Assembly: GCA_963664395.2 (NCBI GenBank)
Contig: OY761159.2
Location: forward strand, 4,384,001 to 4,448,000
Origin: Candidatus Binatia bacterium
GTDB lineage: Bacteria > Desulfobacterota > Binatia > Bin18
Direction of reading: 5' to 3'
Length of the DNA: 64,000 nucleotides
Made by a program: the position numbers and the translations under genes. The notes under the pieces were generated by a model that did no database searches, was not told the DNA's origin, and saw only the letters and a program-made list of their open reading frames with translations. This document shows positions 1 to 9,424 of this stretch, one piece after another (the first letter of the stretch is position 1; every line of letters begins with the position of its first letter).

Positions 1-480
1 CTTCCCGAGGGGGATGGGATTAGTGCGACTGCCTTTGTCCACAAGCAGTCGCCGGAAACGAAGGTAGTCATGCTCACCGGCTATGACAACCCGGCTCTTA
101 TCTTTCGCGCCCTGAAGGTTGGGGCAGTCGGTTACCTGCTCAAAAATACCCGCTCTAAAGAGATTCTTGAAACACTTCGAAAAGTCGCGGACGGAGAAGT
201 TTTTTTGAACCCTGACTTAGCCAGCAAGTTCCTGCACGAGTTTCAACGTGATCAAGAGGTCGAAGAGCTGAGACGCCTGGTCCAAACACTCACGAATCGA
301 GAGGAGGAAGTATTGCGCTTGGTAGCAACAGGCGCTTCGAATAAAGAAATCAGTCAGCAGCTCTTTATTAGTGAACTCACCGTCAAAATGCACCTTGCGA
401 GTATTTTCCGAAAGTTGCAGGTGAATGACCGGACGAAGGCGGCGGTCCTGGCGCTGAAAGCCGGATTGGGGGACGAGTGA
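1..480 (+). CDS. NarL/LuxR-family response regulator (5'-truncated by the window edge)
   Basis: Frame open from base 1 (LPEGDGISAT...KVVMLTG); REC-domain tail GAVGYLLK; LuxR HTH LTNREEEVLRLVATGASNKEISQQLFISELTVKMHL. Confidence 0.93.
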   Translation, partial: LPEGDGISATAFVHKQSPETKVVMLTGYDNPALIFRALKVGAVGYLLKNTRSKEILETLRKVADGEVFLNPDLASKFLHEFQRDQEVEELRRLVQTLTNREEEVLRLVATGASNKEISQQLFISELTVKMHLASIFRKLQVNDRTKAAVLALKAGLGDE

Positions 481-1934
481 TACGGCTGGTCTCTATGATG
501 CTGTGCGCGCTCTCCCTTGTGCTATTGGGAACGAGAGGCGCGGTTGCCGAAGCGGAGGAGGAGACGAGGGTACGGCAACTCCTGGCCGAGTGTCAGGCTG
601 CCTATCATCGCCTTGTCGACTACCGCGGCACGTTACGGCACGAAGTATGGGAAAAGGGCGGTGTTCACCGGCAACACGATATTGAGGTAACCTTCCGCAA
701 GCCAGCCTTTCTGCTCATGCAGTGGCAATCGGGCTTATACAACGGAACAACCTTGCTCACCAGGCCAACCCGGGCCATGGGAACAATTTTTATCAGACTA
801 GGCGGCTGGTTTGATTATGTCAGGGTCAGTATTCCGCCCACGGAAATCAGTGACCCTTTTGCTCCCGCACTCAAAGATGTAAACGCGTGGTTATATGCGC
901 TCAGAGCACTCTCTCAACGGCCGAGCGCTGACCGGAGCCTCCAGCTTGTCGCCCTTCAGCCGGGAGACCCAGAACTGGCCGAAGGGCGGGTGATTCTGTC
1001 AGTGCCTGCTTTTCTTATTCCGTTTCAAGACAATACGGTCGCTATGTATGAGTTTGTCATTGAGCGGGGAACAGGCCTGCCGCTCGAACTCATACTCCGA
1101 GGGGCATCCGGAGAGGTGCGCCAACGCTTGTCGTATATGGACCTGCAGGTCAATACGGGTATTTCACAGCAAGTCTTTGAGCGCGAATCCGCCACTTTCG
1201 GGAATCGCAGTGTGTTTCGACCGGGGACTGAGCTGGATGTACGCGGATTTACCCAAAATTGGTTGCGCCGCGCAGGCGAAATACAAGACTATACCGGTGT
1301 GTGGGTGACAGAAGCGCGGCAGGGGAGTCGCCTGAGCCGTCGGACGGCGACGTTCAAGTTTCGGAAACCGTTCGATGTGTATATAGCGTGGGAGGAGGAT
1401 AGTGGCGAGCTCAAAGAGGCGTTATTCCGAGCGGGCTGGAACAGGGAACGCGTGCGCGTGCGGGCTTCGCTGCTGGGTATACCAGTCATTGGTGACCTTG
1501 TGCCAGACGGCTCGTGGATGCAGCGGGAGTCACGCTATGCTCTCAAAGAATTCGGTTTTGGTCAGGTTGTCGAACGGCTGCAGACGCAACTCTTACAAGG
1601 ATGGCTGCGGGGCGAGTTGGAAGTGCAGTTCCGTGGTATTCAGGAACAGGACGGCCGCCCTTGCTATGTTTTGGAATTTATCTTTCCGAATAGTCAATGG
1701 CGGACCCATCCATACTATCGTATCGTGCTGCACTGGGATATTGTCTATCGAGTTCCGGTCAAACAAGAAGCCTATGATTGGAACAATCAGCTGGATACAC
1801 GCTACGGATTTCAGGACCTCCGCTTCAACGTCTCCCTGAATGACCACGACTTTAACTCAGCAAATCTAGAATATGGCTTTCTCTTATTCCGGCGCGTCCC
1901 GTGGCTTGATTGGTTCCTGACGGGACGGGAGTGA
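477..1934 (+). CDS. Exported protein with two tandem LolA-like/DUF1571-type domains
   Basis: N-terminal signal peptide; internal duplication (DYRGTL...VTFRKP...LSYMDLQVN vs DYTGVW...FKFRKP...YGFQDLRFNVSLNDHDF); GTGA overlap with upstream stop. Confidence 0.6.
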   Translation: MIRLVSMMLCALSLVLLGTRGAVAEAEEETRVRQLLAECQAAYHRLVDYRGTLRHEVWEKGGVHRQHDIEVTFRKPAFLLMQWQSGLYNGTTLLTRPTRAMGTIFIRLGGWFDYVRVSIPPTEISDPFAPALKDVNAWLYALRALSQRPSADRSLQLVALQPGDPELAEGRVILSVPAFLIPFQDNTVAMYEFVIERGTGLPLELILRGASGEVRQRLSYMDLQVNTGISQQVFERESATFGNRSVFRPGTELDVRGFTQNWLRRAGEIQDYTGVWVTEARQGSRLSRRTATFKFRKPFDVYIAWEEDSGELKEALFRAGWNRERVRVRASLLGIPVIGDLVPDGSWMQRESRYALKEFGFGQVVERLQTQLLQGWLRGELEVQFRGIQEQDGRPCYVLEFIFPNSQWRTHPYYRIVLHWDIVYRVPVKQEAYDWNNQLDTRYGFQDLRFNVSLNDHDFNSANLEYGFLLFRRVPWLDWFLTGRE

Positions 1935-3439
1935 TGAGCCAGGCTAAGGCACTCATCACGCTTGAAGCTGGAACTGCTGGAGGCCTGTTGGGTCTCCTGT
2001 TGGCTGCGATTGGTTTAGTCGCGTTTAATCTCGGCTATCTTGATCTGTACCAAGCATTTGTTCCGCTGCTGTGCATAGGGGTGTTGTTGCGGGTCGAGGT
2101 GGGACAAGATTGGTTCTTATCTCTCTTACTCTTTGCTGTTACGAGCTCACTGCTGTATACGGTTGGGCTGTTTGCCTTGCCATTACTCCTCGGAGCAATA
2201 GTACTCAGTCTGCCGCTCGCTTTTGTGGTGAAATGGTGGGGCGTCGATGCGGTTCCACAAACCGTACGAGAGGATGTCCGCCCAGTCCGACGGATCCTTG
2301 AACTGTGTGGGCTGCTACAAATTGCGCTCTTTTCCCGGTATATCGTGTACCGTTCGAGCGGCGGCGACATTCCCATTCATATTGGAGAATTTGAAGAGCT
2401 GGCGCGATTCATATTAAGCGAAGCAAGCGGGTGGGCTGTTTTTGCCCTGGGCTATGGATTCCAGCACCGGGCGCGGTATGGAACACTCTATACGTCGGGG
2501 CTCGACTTTGCGGGAAGTTTCCCGACGCTGATGATTACGGGACTGCTTTTGGTCACGCCGTATAGTGCGATCATGACCCTTGGGGTCAATACGTTTGGGA
2601 TTGCGGGGCTATACTTGAGTGCCATTCCAGTTGGGGCGGCCCATGTGCTCATGCGGACACTCACGCAGCGCAGAAAAGAAATCGAACGTCAAAATACGCA
2701 GCTCCAACTGATGAACGTAGACATGGCCAGAAGCGAACGCATGGCGGCCATTGGACATATGTCATCTACGATTTCGCATCAGATTCTCCAAAAAATCGGC
2801 CTCTTAGGTCTTCAGTGCGACCTCTTACGAGACACGCTGGACGAGGTGCAACAGCCCACCCTCGAGACGCTGGAGGAGGCGTACCAACGGGTCGAACAAC
2901 TCGATGCCGCGATTACAGATTTGAATACCACGCTATCTGATCTGCTTGTCTTTTCCCGTGACTTTGCCGTCCATCTTGAGCGTGGGTTACTGAGCGAGCT
3001 CCTGCAAGAGGCCGGGCGAGAAATTCATGAGGCCGCTCGTACGCGAGGGGTTACGCTCCGTTATGAGCTGGAAGCGCAGAGCGAGGGACTCCTCGTTCCT
3101 TTTGATCGCATTAAGCTCAAGCAGGCCATCCTGAATCTCTTGACGAACGCGCTGGAAGCCTCACCGGGAGATGGACAGATTACGATGGGCGCGCGACAGA
3201 TACAGGATCGGGTGCAGGTCACAATCCGCGATACGGGCACGGGTATTCCTGAAGGAGTGCGCGAACAGATATTTGCCCCATTTGTTTCCACAAAGAAAAC
3301 TGGTGCCGGCTTAGGCTTGGCCTTCACGCAGAAAATCATTGAGCTCCATAATGGGACTATCTCCGCGCATAATAATGCAGATGGGGGTGCGACCTTTACC
3401 CTTGCTCTTCCACTCACGTGGCCAGCACAAAAGGGATAG
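1934..3439 (+). CDS. Polytopic membrane sensor histidine kinase
   Basis: Many N-terminal TM helices; H-box ISHQI, N-box NLLTNALEA, G1 DTGTGI, F-box IFAPFVSTK, G2 GAGLGLA; TGATG coupling at 1932-1936. Confidence 0.9.
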   Translation: MSQAKALITLEAGTAGGLLGLLLAAIGLVAFNLGYLDLYQAFVPLLCIGVLLRVEVGQDWFLSLLLFAVTSSLLYTVGLFALPLLLGAIVLSLPLAFVVKWWGVDAVPQTVREDVRPVRRILELCGLLQIALFSRYIVYRSSGGDIPIHIGEFEELARFILSEASGWAVFALGYGFQHRARYGTLYTSGLDFAGSFPTLMITGLLLVTPYSAIMTLGVNTFGIAGLYLSAIPVGAAHVLMRTLTQRRKEIERQNTQLQLMNVDMARSERMAAIGHMSSTISHQILQKIGLLGLQCDLLRDTLDEVQQPTLETLEEAYQRVEQLDAAITDLNTTLSDLLVFSRDFAVHLERGLLSELLQEAGREIHEAARTRGVTLRYELEAQSEGLLVPFDRIKLKQAILNLLTNALEASPGDGQITMGARQIQDRVQVTIRDTGTGIPEGVREQIFAPFVSTKKTGAGLGLAFTQKIIELHNGTISAHNNADGGATFTLALPLTWPAQKG

Positions 3440-3447
3440 CGAAGCGT

Positions 3448-4203
3448 ATGCAGTTACGTGCTTCACTGGCACTGGTGACAGGTGCCGGTCGCCGTATAGG
3501 ACGGGAGATTGCCGTTGCCTTAGCCCAAGGCGGCGCTGATCTGATCCTGCACGCCCATACATCGTCAGGAGAGGAGACGCAACGTGCGGTTCAGCAATGT
3601 GGCCGCCGCGCATGGATCGTACGTTGCGATTTGTCAAAACGGTGCGATGTGCAGCGTTTAGCCAGCGAAGCACTGGCAAAAACAGGTACAATTGACATTC
3701 TCATCAATAATGCGGCTGTTTTCTTTCCCACTCCCATAGCGACCCTGACGGCAAAGGATTGGCGCGTGTTGCGTCAGACGAATATGTCAGCGCCCTTCCT
3801 CTTATCGCTGCTCATCGGCAGGCGGATGTATCAGCAGGGGCGCGGCAAAATCGTATTTCTTGGTGATTGGAGCGGCCGGCGACCAAGTCGAGACTTTCTT
3901 CCCTACTGCGTATCCAAGGCTGGGGTACATACGCTGACGCAAGCGCTCGCAAAGGCATTTGCTCCCCATGTCCAGGTCAACGAAGTCGTCCCCGGCCCGG
4001 TCTTACTACCCGAAGACTATGGTCCAGGCCGGCAAGAAGAGCTTCGCGTGCACACGCCGCTGCAACGCTTGGGTAGCCCGCGCGACATTGCTCGTACAGT
4101 CCGCTTTCTTATGGAATCGGGTGGTTTTGTGACGGGTGCCAGCTACGTGGTTGATGGCGGTTGGCTGGCCAAGGGACCAGATGGCACTGAGACCTCGGTA
4201 TAA
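3448..4203 (+). CDS. SDR-family oxidoreductase (pteridine reductase-like)
   Basis: TGAGRRIG, NNAAVF, YCVSK catalytic motif, VDGG C-terminus. Confidence 0.85.
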   Translation: MQLRASLALVTGAGRRIGREIAVALAQGGADLILHAHTSSGEETQRAVQQCGRRAWIVRCDLSKRCDVQRLASEALAKTGTIDILINNAAVFFPTPIATLTAKDWRVLRQTNMSAPFLLSLLIGRRMYQQGRGKIVFLGDWSGRRPSRDFLPYCVSKAGVHTLTQALAKAFAPHVQVNEVVPGPVLLPEDYGPGRQEELRVHTPLQRLGSPRDIARTVRFLMESGGFVTGASYVVDGGWLAKGPDGTETSV

Positions 4204-4946
4204 TCCGTCTGGCACGGAGCTCCCGGGGCAAAATGGTACACAAATCGACGCTGCTGTGCAGAATACGCAAGCAGCGTCGAAGAACACGTGCCATAGCCAT
4301 CGAGGTGGATACACAGGCCGTTGCGCGGGTCTTCCGCCCGTGGGTCGAGCGGCGTGGCATGGTCGGCAAGTCGCTCATGGAGGAGGTGAAAAAGCTCTGC
4401 AATGGAAAAAGGCGACTCGGCTGCCGTTGCCATTTTTTTTGCCACCGCCTGAAAATGTTGAAAGGAGCGGGCGATCTTGGGACATTCGGGATCGTTCAGA
4501 TCCATATTGGTCAGCAAATGGACCCCAGGCTCAAGCTGCTGTACGCGGATGGTATGCTCAACTGGATGGAGGATGTAGGCTTCCTGGTCATCGACCAGGA
4601 GGAGGTTAAAGGGGTTATAGCGTTCGGCAGCTTGGTGCCGAACGGACGTGGCAGCCAGGCGGGCAGACTCTGACTGGAGGGCATCGAGGCTCAACAATCC
4701 ACGCGAACGCCGGTGTGGGTCAGCCGGTTGTGGTGTATGACGGTTTAACATACCAGCAATAAGCCCATGCTCGTTCACACCGAGCCAGGTTCCCCCGGCA
4801 ATGAGGTCTTTGCCGCCAAAAATCCAGGGCGTGTGTTGAAGCACTACGGGGGCGGCGGAGGGACGACTCAAGGTCTCATCCCGGTTTGCCGCCACAACCA
4901 CAGGATAGTCCAGAAAGACCTGAAAGTATAAGGCGAGCGTGCACAT
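4143..4946 (-). CDS. NRDE/TANGO2-family protein
   Basis: MCTL start, AANRDE motif, GGTWLGVN, SRGLL, YGTCSST. Confidence 0.88.
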   Translation of the reverse strand: MCTLALYFQVFLDYPVVVAANRDETLSRPSAAPVVLQHTPWIFGGKDLIAGGTWLGVNEHGLIAGMLNRHTPQPADPHRRSRGLLSLDALQSESARLAATSVRHQAAERYNPFNLLLVDDQEAYILHPVEHTIRVQQLEPGVHLLTNMDLNDPECPKIARSFQHFQAVAKKMATAAESPFSIAELFHLLHERLADHATPLDPRAEDPRNGLCIHLDGYGTCSSTLLAYSAQQRRFVYHFAPGAPCQTDYTEVSVPSGPLASQPPSTT

Positions 4947-5066
4947 AGCGCGCCGTAGTATAGGGTGGGGAGGGCTATGTGGCAAGGGGGAATGGGGTGG
5001 GTTCACGTTGTGTTTCAGCTACCCCTATGATAGGGTCTGCCGACACGTATCCACCGAGGGGGAAGA

Positions 5067-6038
5067 ATGTTCGAATCTGTTGATGACGTTATTTCAAGAT
5101 TCTCAGGCCAGAAATATATTTGCAACCGACAAATCGCGACCGTTGTCTATTTAGCCACTCAACTGCACAAGCCCATACTCGTCGAAGGACCCGCTGGCGT
5201 AGGGAAAACGGAACTGGCCAAAGTGGTGGCCGGTGCGCTGGACTGTGAATTGCTGCGCCTGCAGTGCTACGAGGGCCTTGATGAGGCCAAAGCCTTATAC
5301 GAATGGGAGTATGCCAAACAGCTGCTTTATACCCAGATTCTGAAGGACAAAATCAGTGAGGTGCTTGAAGGCACGACAACGTTGAAGGAGGCCGTTGAGC
5401 GCATTGGTAAGCAGGATAGTGTCTTCTTCTCGGAACGCTTTATTCTGCCCCGCCCCTTGTTGCAAGCGATATCCTCTGAGCATCAGCTGGTGTTACTGAT
5501 TGACGAGATCGATAAATCGGACAGTGAGTTTGAGGCATTTTTGCTTGAGGTCTTGAGTGACTTTCAGGTGAGTGTGCCAGAGCTTGGAACGATTCGAGCC
5601 AAGCAGCTTCCGGTTGTTGTCTTGACCAGTAATAATGTGCGTGAGATGTCGGACGCGCTCAAACGGCGCTGTCTACACCTGTTCATAGATTTCCCGAGCC
5701 AGGAGCAAGAGCTAGAGATTGTGAAGCTCAAGGTACCGGGGATCGCCGCGCAGTTAGCCAGTCAGGTGGTTGAAGTCGTCCAGTCGATCCGCAAACTTGA
5801 CCTCAAAAAAGCCCCAAGTATCAGCGAGACCCTGGATTGGGCGAAAGCGCTTACTTTGCTCAATGTGCACCGGCTCGAAGAATCTCAGGTCAATGAGACG
5901 CTCAACACGATCTTGAAGTATGAAGGGGATGTACGCAAGGCAGAGGCGGAGTTGAAAGAATATATCAGCCGTCAGAAGGCGAAGGCCGAGACAGGGACAG
6001 CGAGCCAGGCACAAGACGACAAAGACCTCCTCCACTAG
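5067..6038 (+). CDS. MoxR-family AAA+ ATPase (CoxD-like)
   Basis: Walker A GPAGVGKTE, LQCYEGLD, Walker B LLIDEIDK, SDALKRRCL. Confidence 0.92.
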   Translation: MFESVDDVISRFSGQKYICNRQIATVVYLATQLHKPILVEGPAGVGKTELAKVVAGALDCELLRLQCYEGLDEAKALYEWEYAKQLLYTQILKDKISEVLEGTTTLKEAVERIGKQDSVFFSERFILPRPLLQAISSEHQLVLLIDEIDKSDSEFEAFLLEVLSDFQVSVPELGTIRAKQLPVVVLTSNNVREMSDALKRRCLHLFIDFPSQEQELEIVKLKVPGIAAQLASQVVEVVQSIRKLDLKKAPSISETLDWAKALTLLNVHRLEESQVNETLNTILKYEGDVRKAEAELKEYISRQKAKAETGTASQAQDDKDLLH

Positions 6039-6039
6039 A

Positions 6040-6093
6040 ATGAATAAATGTGTCCTCAACAGACATGCCGATGATGTTGACACATTTATTCAT
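6040..6093. repeat. Intergenic palindrome with 15-bp arms (family A, copy 1)
   Basis: ATGAATAAATGTGTC (6040-6054) / GACACATTTATTCAT (6079-6093); related to the element at 63879-63931. Confidence 0.85.
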
Positions 6094-6112
6094 CGGACCA
6101 GCGTGAGGCTGT

Positions 6113-7525
6113 ATGGACGATAAAATTATTGAATTTTCCCACCTCCTGCGAGAGAACGGCCTGAAAGTCTCTGCTGCAGAAAACATGGATACCTTTGCCG
6201 CTCTTGGGCTGATTGGGATCCGAGATAAACAGTTACTCAAAGATACGTTACGGGCGACCTTTGTCAAACGCCAAGTGGACATTTCGGTCTATGACGAACT
6301 GTTCGACATGTACTTCACCGGCCTTGGTGAGATCATCAAGGCGGCGGCGGCCGAAACCATGCAGGCGATGGACATGACCGAGGAAGAGTTTCAAGAATTC
6401 CTTGAACAGTTGGAAGCGTCGTTGCAGAACATGGGTGAAGACATGTCGGACTTGGCCCGCGCCTTATTGACTAATAATACCGGGCAGCTTGAGAAGATGC
6501 TTCAAGAAGCGGCTCAACAATCCAACCTGCAAGATATTCAGCGTTCTTTTCAGGAAGGGCAGTTTGCCAATGCGCTCGCCCAGATGATGGGCTTTGGTAA
6601 TATTCAGCAGGAATTGCAGAATCTCAAAGATGCCTTGCAACAGGCTGGCTTGAGTCCGGCACAAATTGAACAATTGTCTCAATATATTGATCGTCGCCTC
6701 CAAGACTTAGCCCATATGATTCGGAGCTATGTCCGAGCTGAGTTGGAGAAAAAGGACTCGGAACTCCGTGATCAGCAAAAGATGCGGAGTTTAGCGGACA
6801 AGAGTTTCTATTATTTATCCGAGGATGAAATCCGGAAAATGAAGGAAGCGGTCACCAAGCTGGCCCAGCGATTGAAACATATTATTGCGATTCGACGCAA
6901 ACGGGGTAAGCGGGGTCGATTGGATTTACAACGGACGCTACGGAAAAATATGCAATACGGCGGGGTACCATTTCACATTATTCTTAATGTGAAAAAGAAA
7001 GAAAAACCGCAAGTCGTCATCCTGTGTGACGTTTCTGACTCGGTCCGGAATGTCTCGCGTTTCATGTTACAGTTTGTCTACTCAGTGCAGGACCTCTATT
7101 CCAAGGTGCGTAGCTTTATTTTCGTGGCGGACATTGGCGACGTGACGAAGCTGTTCGAGGATAATGAGGTCCACCAAGCCATTGATTTGGCCTTACGGGG
7201 TAATTTTATTAATATCTACGCCCACTCGGATTTTGGTCGGGCGTTTAAGACGTTTCACCGGGATTTTCTCTCCATCATCAATAAGCGGACCACGGTACTG
7301 GTGCTTGGCGACGCACGCAATAATTATAATCTGCCGCACGACTGGGTCATTCGGGACTTGCAACAAAAGGCCAAGCAGGTGATTTGGCTGAACCCCGAAA
7401 GCCGGTTGACGTGGGGATTTGGAGATAGCGAAATGGACCGCTATGCGCCACACTGTGATCTGGTTGAAGAGTGTCGTAACCTCAATCAGCTTTACCGGGT
7501 GATTGATCACTTGGTGACCGCGTAG
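6113..7525 (+). CDS. VWA-domain protein (CoxE-like), MoxR partner
   Basis: MIDAS-like CDVSDS, VLGDARNN, IWLNPE; follows MoxR ATPase. Confidence 0.88.
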   Translation: MDDKIIEFSHLLRENGLKVSAAENMDTFAALGLIGIRDKQLLKDTLRATFVKRQVDISVYDELFDMYFTGLGEIIKAAAAETMQAMDMTEEEFQEFLEQLEASLQNMGEDMSDLARALLTNNTGQLEKMLQEAAQQSNLQDIQRSFQEGQFANALAQMMGFGNIQQELQNLKDALQQAGLSPAQIEQLSQYIDRRLQDLAHMIRSYVRAELEKKDSELRDQQKMRSLADKSFYYLSEDEIRKMKEAVTKLAQRLKHIIAIRRKRGKRGRLDLQRTLRKNMQYGGVPFHIILNVKKKEKPQVVILCDVSDSVRNVSRFMLQFVYSVQDLYSKVRSFIFVADIGDVTKLFEDNEVHQAIDLALRGNFINIYAHSDFGRAFKTFHRDFLSIINKRTTVLVLGDARNNYNLPHDWVIRDLQQKAKQVIWLNPESRLTWGFGDSEMDRYAPHCDLVEECRNLNQLYRVIDHLVTA

Positions 7526-7594
7526 CGGTACGCCGGTTGGCAATCTGCCTTGAGGCTGCTAGCCTTTACTTGATCTCACGCGAATGGAGGCGGA

Positions 7595-8113
7595 ATGGAC
7601 CGCGAGGGTTTTATTGAAATGAAAGTCGGCGGGTTGACGCTTGACCCGGTGACCAAGACCCCAATAGTCATCCTGAAAGATGCTGAGAACAAGCTCAACC
7701 TGCCCATTTGGATTGGCCTGATGGAAGCGACCTCAATGGCGACCGAGCTGGAAGGGATCAAAATGGCACGGCCCATGACACATGATCTTCTCCACAATAT
7801 GATAGAAGAAGTAGGTGGTAGGGTTGAGGCTATTGAGGTGACGGATCTGCAGGACAACACGTATTATGCCGCGATTCGCATCAAGGTGGGGGAACGAGAC
7901 ATCTTGGTTGACTCCCGACCGAGTGATGCTATCTCACTCGCCCTTCGGACGAAGAGCCCAATCTTTGTTGCGGCCAAGGTGCTTGAATCGTCGAGTGTGT
8001 TACAACAGATGGAAGAAAATGAGGAGGAGGCCGATTTGTCGAGCGTCTCCCGAGATAAATGGGCAGATATCCTAGAGAAGATGTCCCCGGACGACTTTAA
8101 ATACAAGATGTAG
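7595..8113 (+). CDS. Bifunctional nuclease family protein (DUF151)
   Basis: LPIWIG, RPMTHDLL, DSRPSDAI motifs. Confidence 0.92.
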   Translation: MDREGFIEMKVGGLTLDPVTKTPIVILKDAENKLNLPIWIGLMEATSMATELEGIKMARPMTHDLLHNMIEEVGGRVEAIEVTDLQDNTYYAAIRIKVGERDILVDSRPSDAISLALRTKSPIFVAAKVLESSSVLQQMEENEEEADLSSVSRDKWADILEKMSPDDFKYKM

Positions 8114-8149
8114 TCTCTCTCTAGAGACACGTCGCACTCGGTACGGTCT

Positions 8150-8806
8150 ATGGCTGGTAGTCGTAAACAAGAGCTGTCTTCATCCTCATACCCCTCAGCA
8201 AGATTGATCGCATGGTTTCGGCAGCGATGGGAGGTTATCAAGCACTATAAACAGCAGCTTGCTGTTTATAGTGCCGCTGTCATCGTATGCGCGATATCTG
8301 GCATGTCATGGGCAGCCTGGACGGACTATCGTAATAGTCAAGGGCTTGCGCATTTTCGAGCTGGCTTACTCGCTATAGAATCGGAAGAGTATCCTTTGGC
8401 TATCGCGGAATTAACACACGCAGAAGATGTGCTTGGCGGCGAGAGTAGGGGGCTAGCGGCTTTGCACTTAGGGGAAGCGTTTGAGAAGAACAAGCAGTCG
8501 TCTGAGGCGAAGGCCGCGTACGAGCGAGCAGCCATGTCACATGATGCTGGATCGTATTTGAAACAAATTGCGCTATTACGTTTGGGTCAAGGCGCAGAGG
8601 AAGCTGAGGAACTCGCTACCGCGGCGCAGTGGTATGGTGAAGCTTCTCTATTAGATGGGCCAAGCAAGAGTGAAGCACTTCTTGCCCTCGGAGAAGCGTT
8701 AGAGCGAGAGGGGGGTGCAACAGTTCCCCAAGCTTATCTCGACTTGTTGGAATACTTCCCGGACTCTCCACTTGCCGATGTTGTACGTGCCAAGACAGGG
8801 AAGTGA
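8150..8806 (+). CDS. Membrane-anchored TPR protein (YfgM-like)
   Basis: Single N-terminal TM then TPR-like helical repeats ending YLDLLEYFPDSPLA. Confidence 0.6.
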   Translation: MAGSRKQELSSSSYPSARLIAWFRQRWEVIKHYKQQLAVYSAAVIVCAISGMSWAAWTDYRNSQGLAHFRAGLLAIESEEYPLAIAELTHAEDVLGGESRGLAALHLGEAFEKNKQSSEAKAAYERAAMSHDAGSYLKQIALLRLGQGAEEAEELATAAQWYGEASLLDGPSKSEALLALGEALEREGGATVPQAYLDLLEYFPDSPLADVVRAKTGK

Positions 8807-9236
8807 TTTTTTATTATATATTTTATGTCTGATAATATATATTTTGTTAAATAATAAACTAGTGTTTCACGGATGTACGGTTTTTCAGGCTGATATAGCC
8901 TAGATAGTCGTCCGTGAATTGACCGCACAATCCGATCTGTGACAAACCCTAGAAGGTGTCTTTGCCCGTTTGTCTAATAACCGCTACTCGGACTTTACTG
9001 ATCCAGCAGTCCGCTGGCCGATAAATTTCTTTACTCTCGTGTCCTCGCCGACAACTAGCGCAGTTTTCAGAGTGGCGTAGCGAGAGATGATAAGCACAGT
9101 GCTGGGGGGAAGCCCTGGAGGGCTGACCGAAGGGTCTCCTCGGGTGCTTACTACGGTGTAATCTGCTCATGGAACTTTTGTATCTGGGTGTGCCCTTCAC
9201 TGGTTATATTGCGAGGAATCAAGATAGTCCAAGTAT

Positions 9237-9367
9237 ATAGTAGACTATAGTCAAGAACATTATTTCCAATAAAATGTATATCATTATACAAATCATTTCT
9301 AGCGGGTCCAAAGGTTTATATATTCACATTTTATCTGGTATATTCGTTCTTGACTATAGTCTACTAT
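9237..9367. repeat. 131-bp AT-rich element bounded by a perfect 22-bp inverted repeat (family B)
   Basis: ATAGTAGACTATAGTCAAGAAC (9237-9258) and GTTCTTGACTATAGTCTACTAT (9346-9367) are exact reverse complements. Confidence 0.85.
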
Positions 9368-9377
9368 TTTATAGGTT

Positions 9378-9406
9378 AAAAAAGGAGCCTCAAAACGAGG
9401 CTCCTT
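9378..9406 (-). terminator. Intrinsic terminator of the Rieske/cytochrome b operon
   Basis: AAGGAGCCTC-AAAAC-GAGGCTCCTT hairpin with a T-run on the minus strand, about 20 bp after the last gene. Confidence 0.75.
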
Positions 9407-9424
9407 AACCATTCTATACCCAAT

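Noticed and set aside
4143-4203. 61-bp 3' overlap of convergent SDR and NRDE genes
   Set aside because: Short tail-to-tail overlaps are common and both tails look low-constraint.
8941-9020. c-di-GMP-I riboswitch-like words (GGCAAA, GTAGCGG) on the minus strand
   Set aside because: Elements are in the wrong order and there is no downstream gene to regulate.
8949-9200. 83-aa minus-strand ORF
   Set aside because: No SD, unusual composition and no motif; lies beyond the operon terminator.
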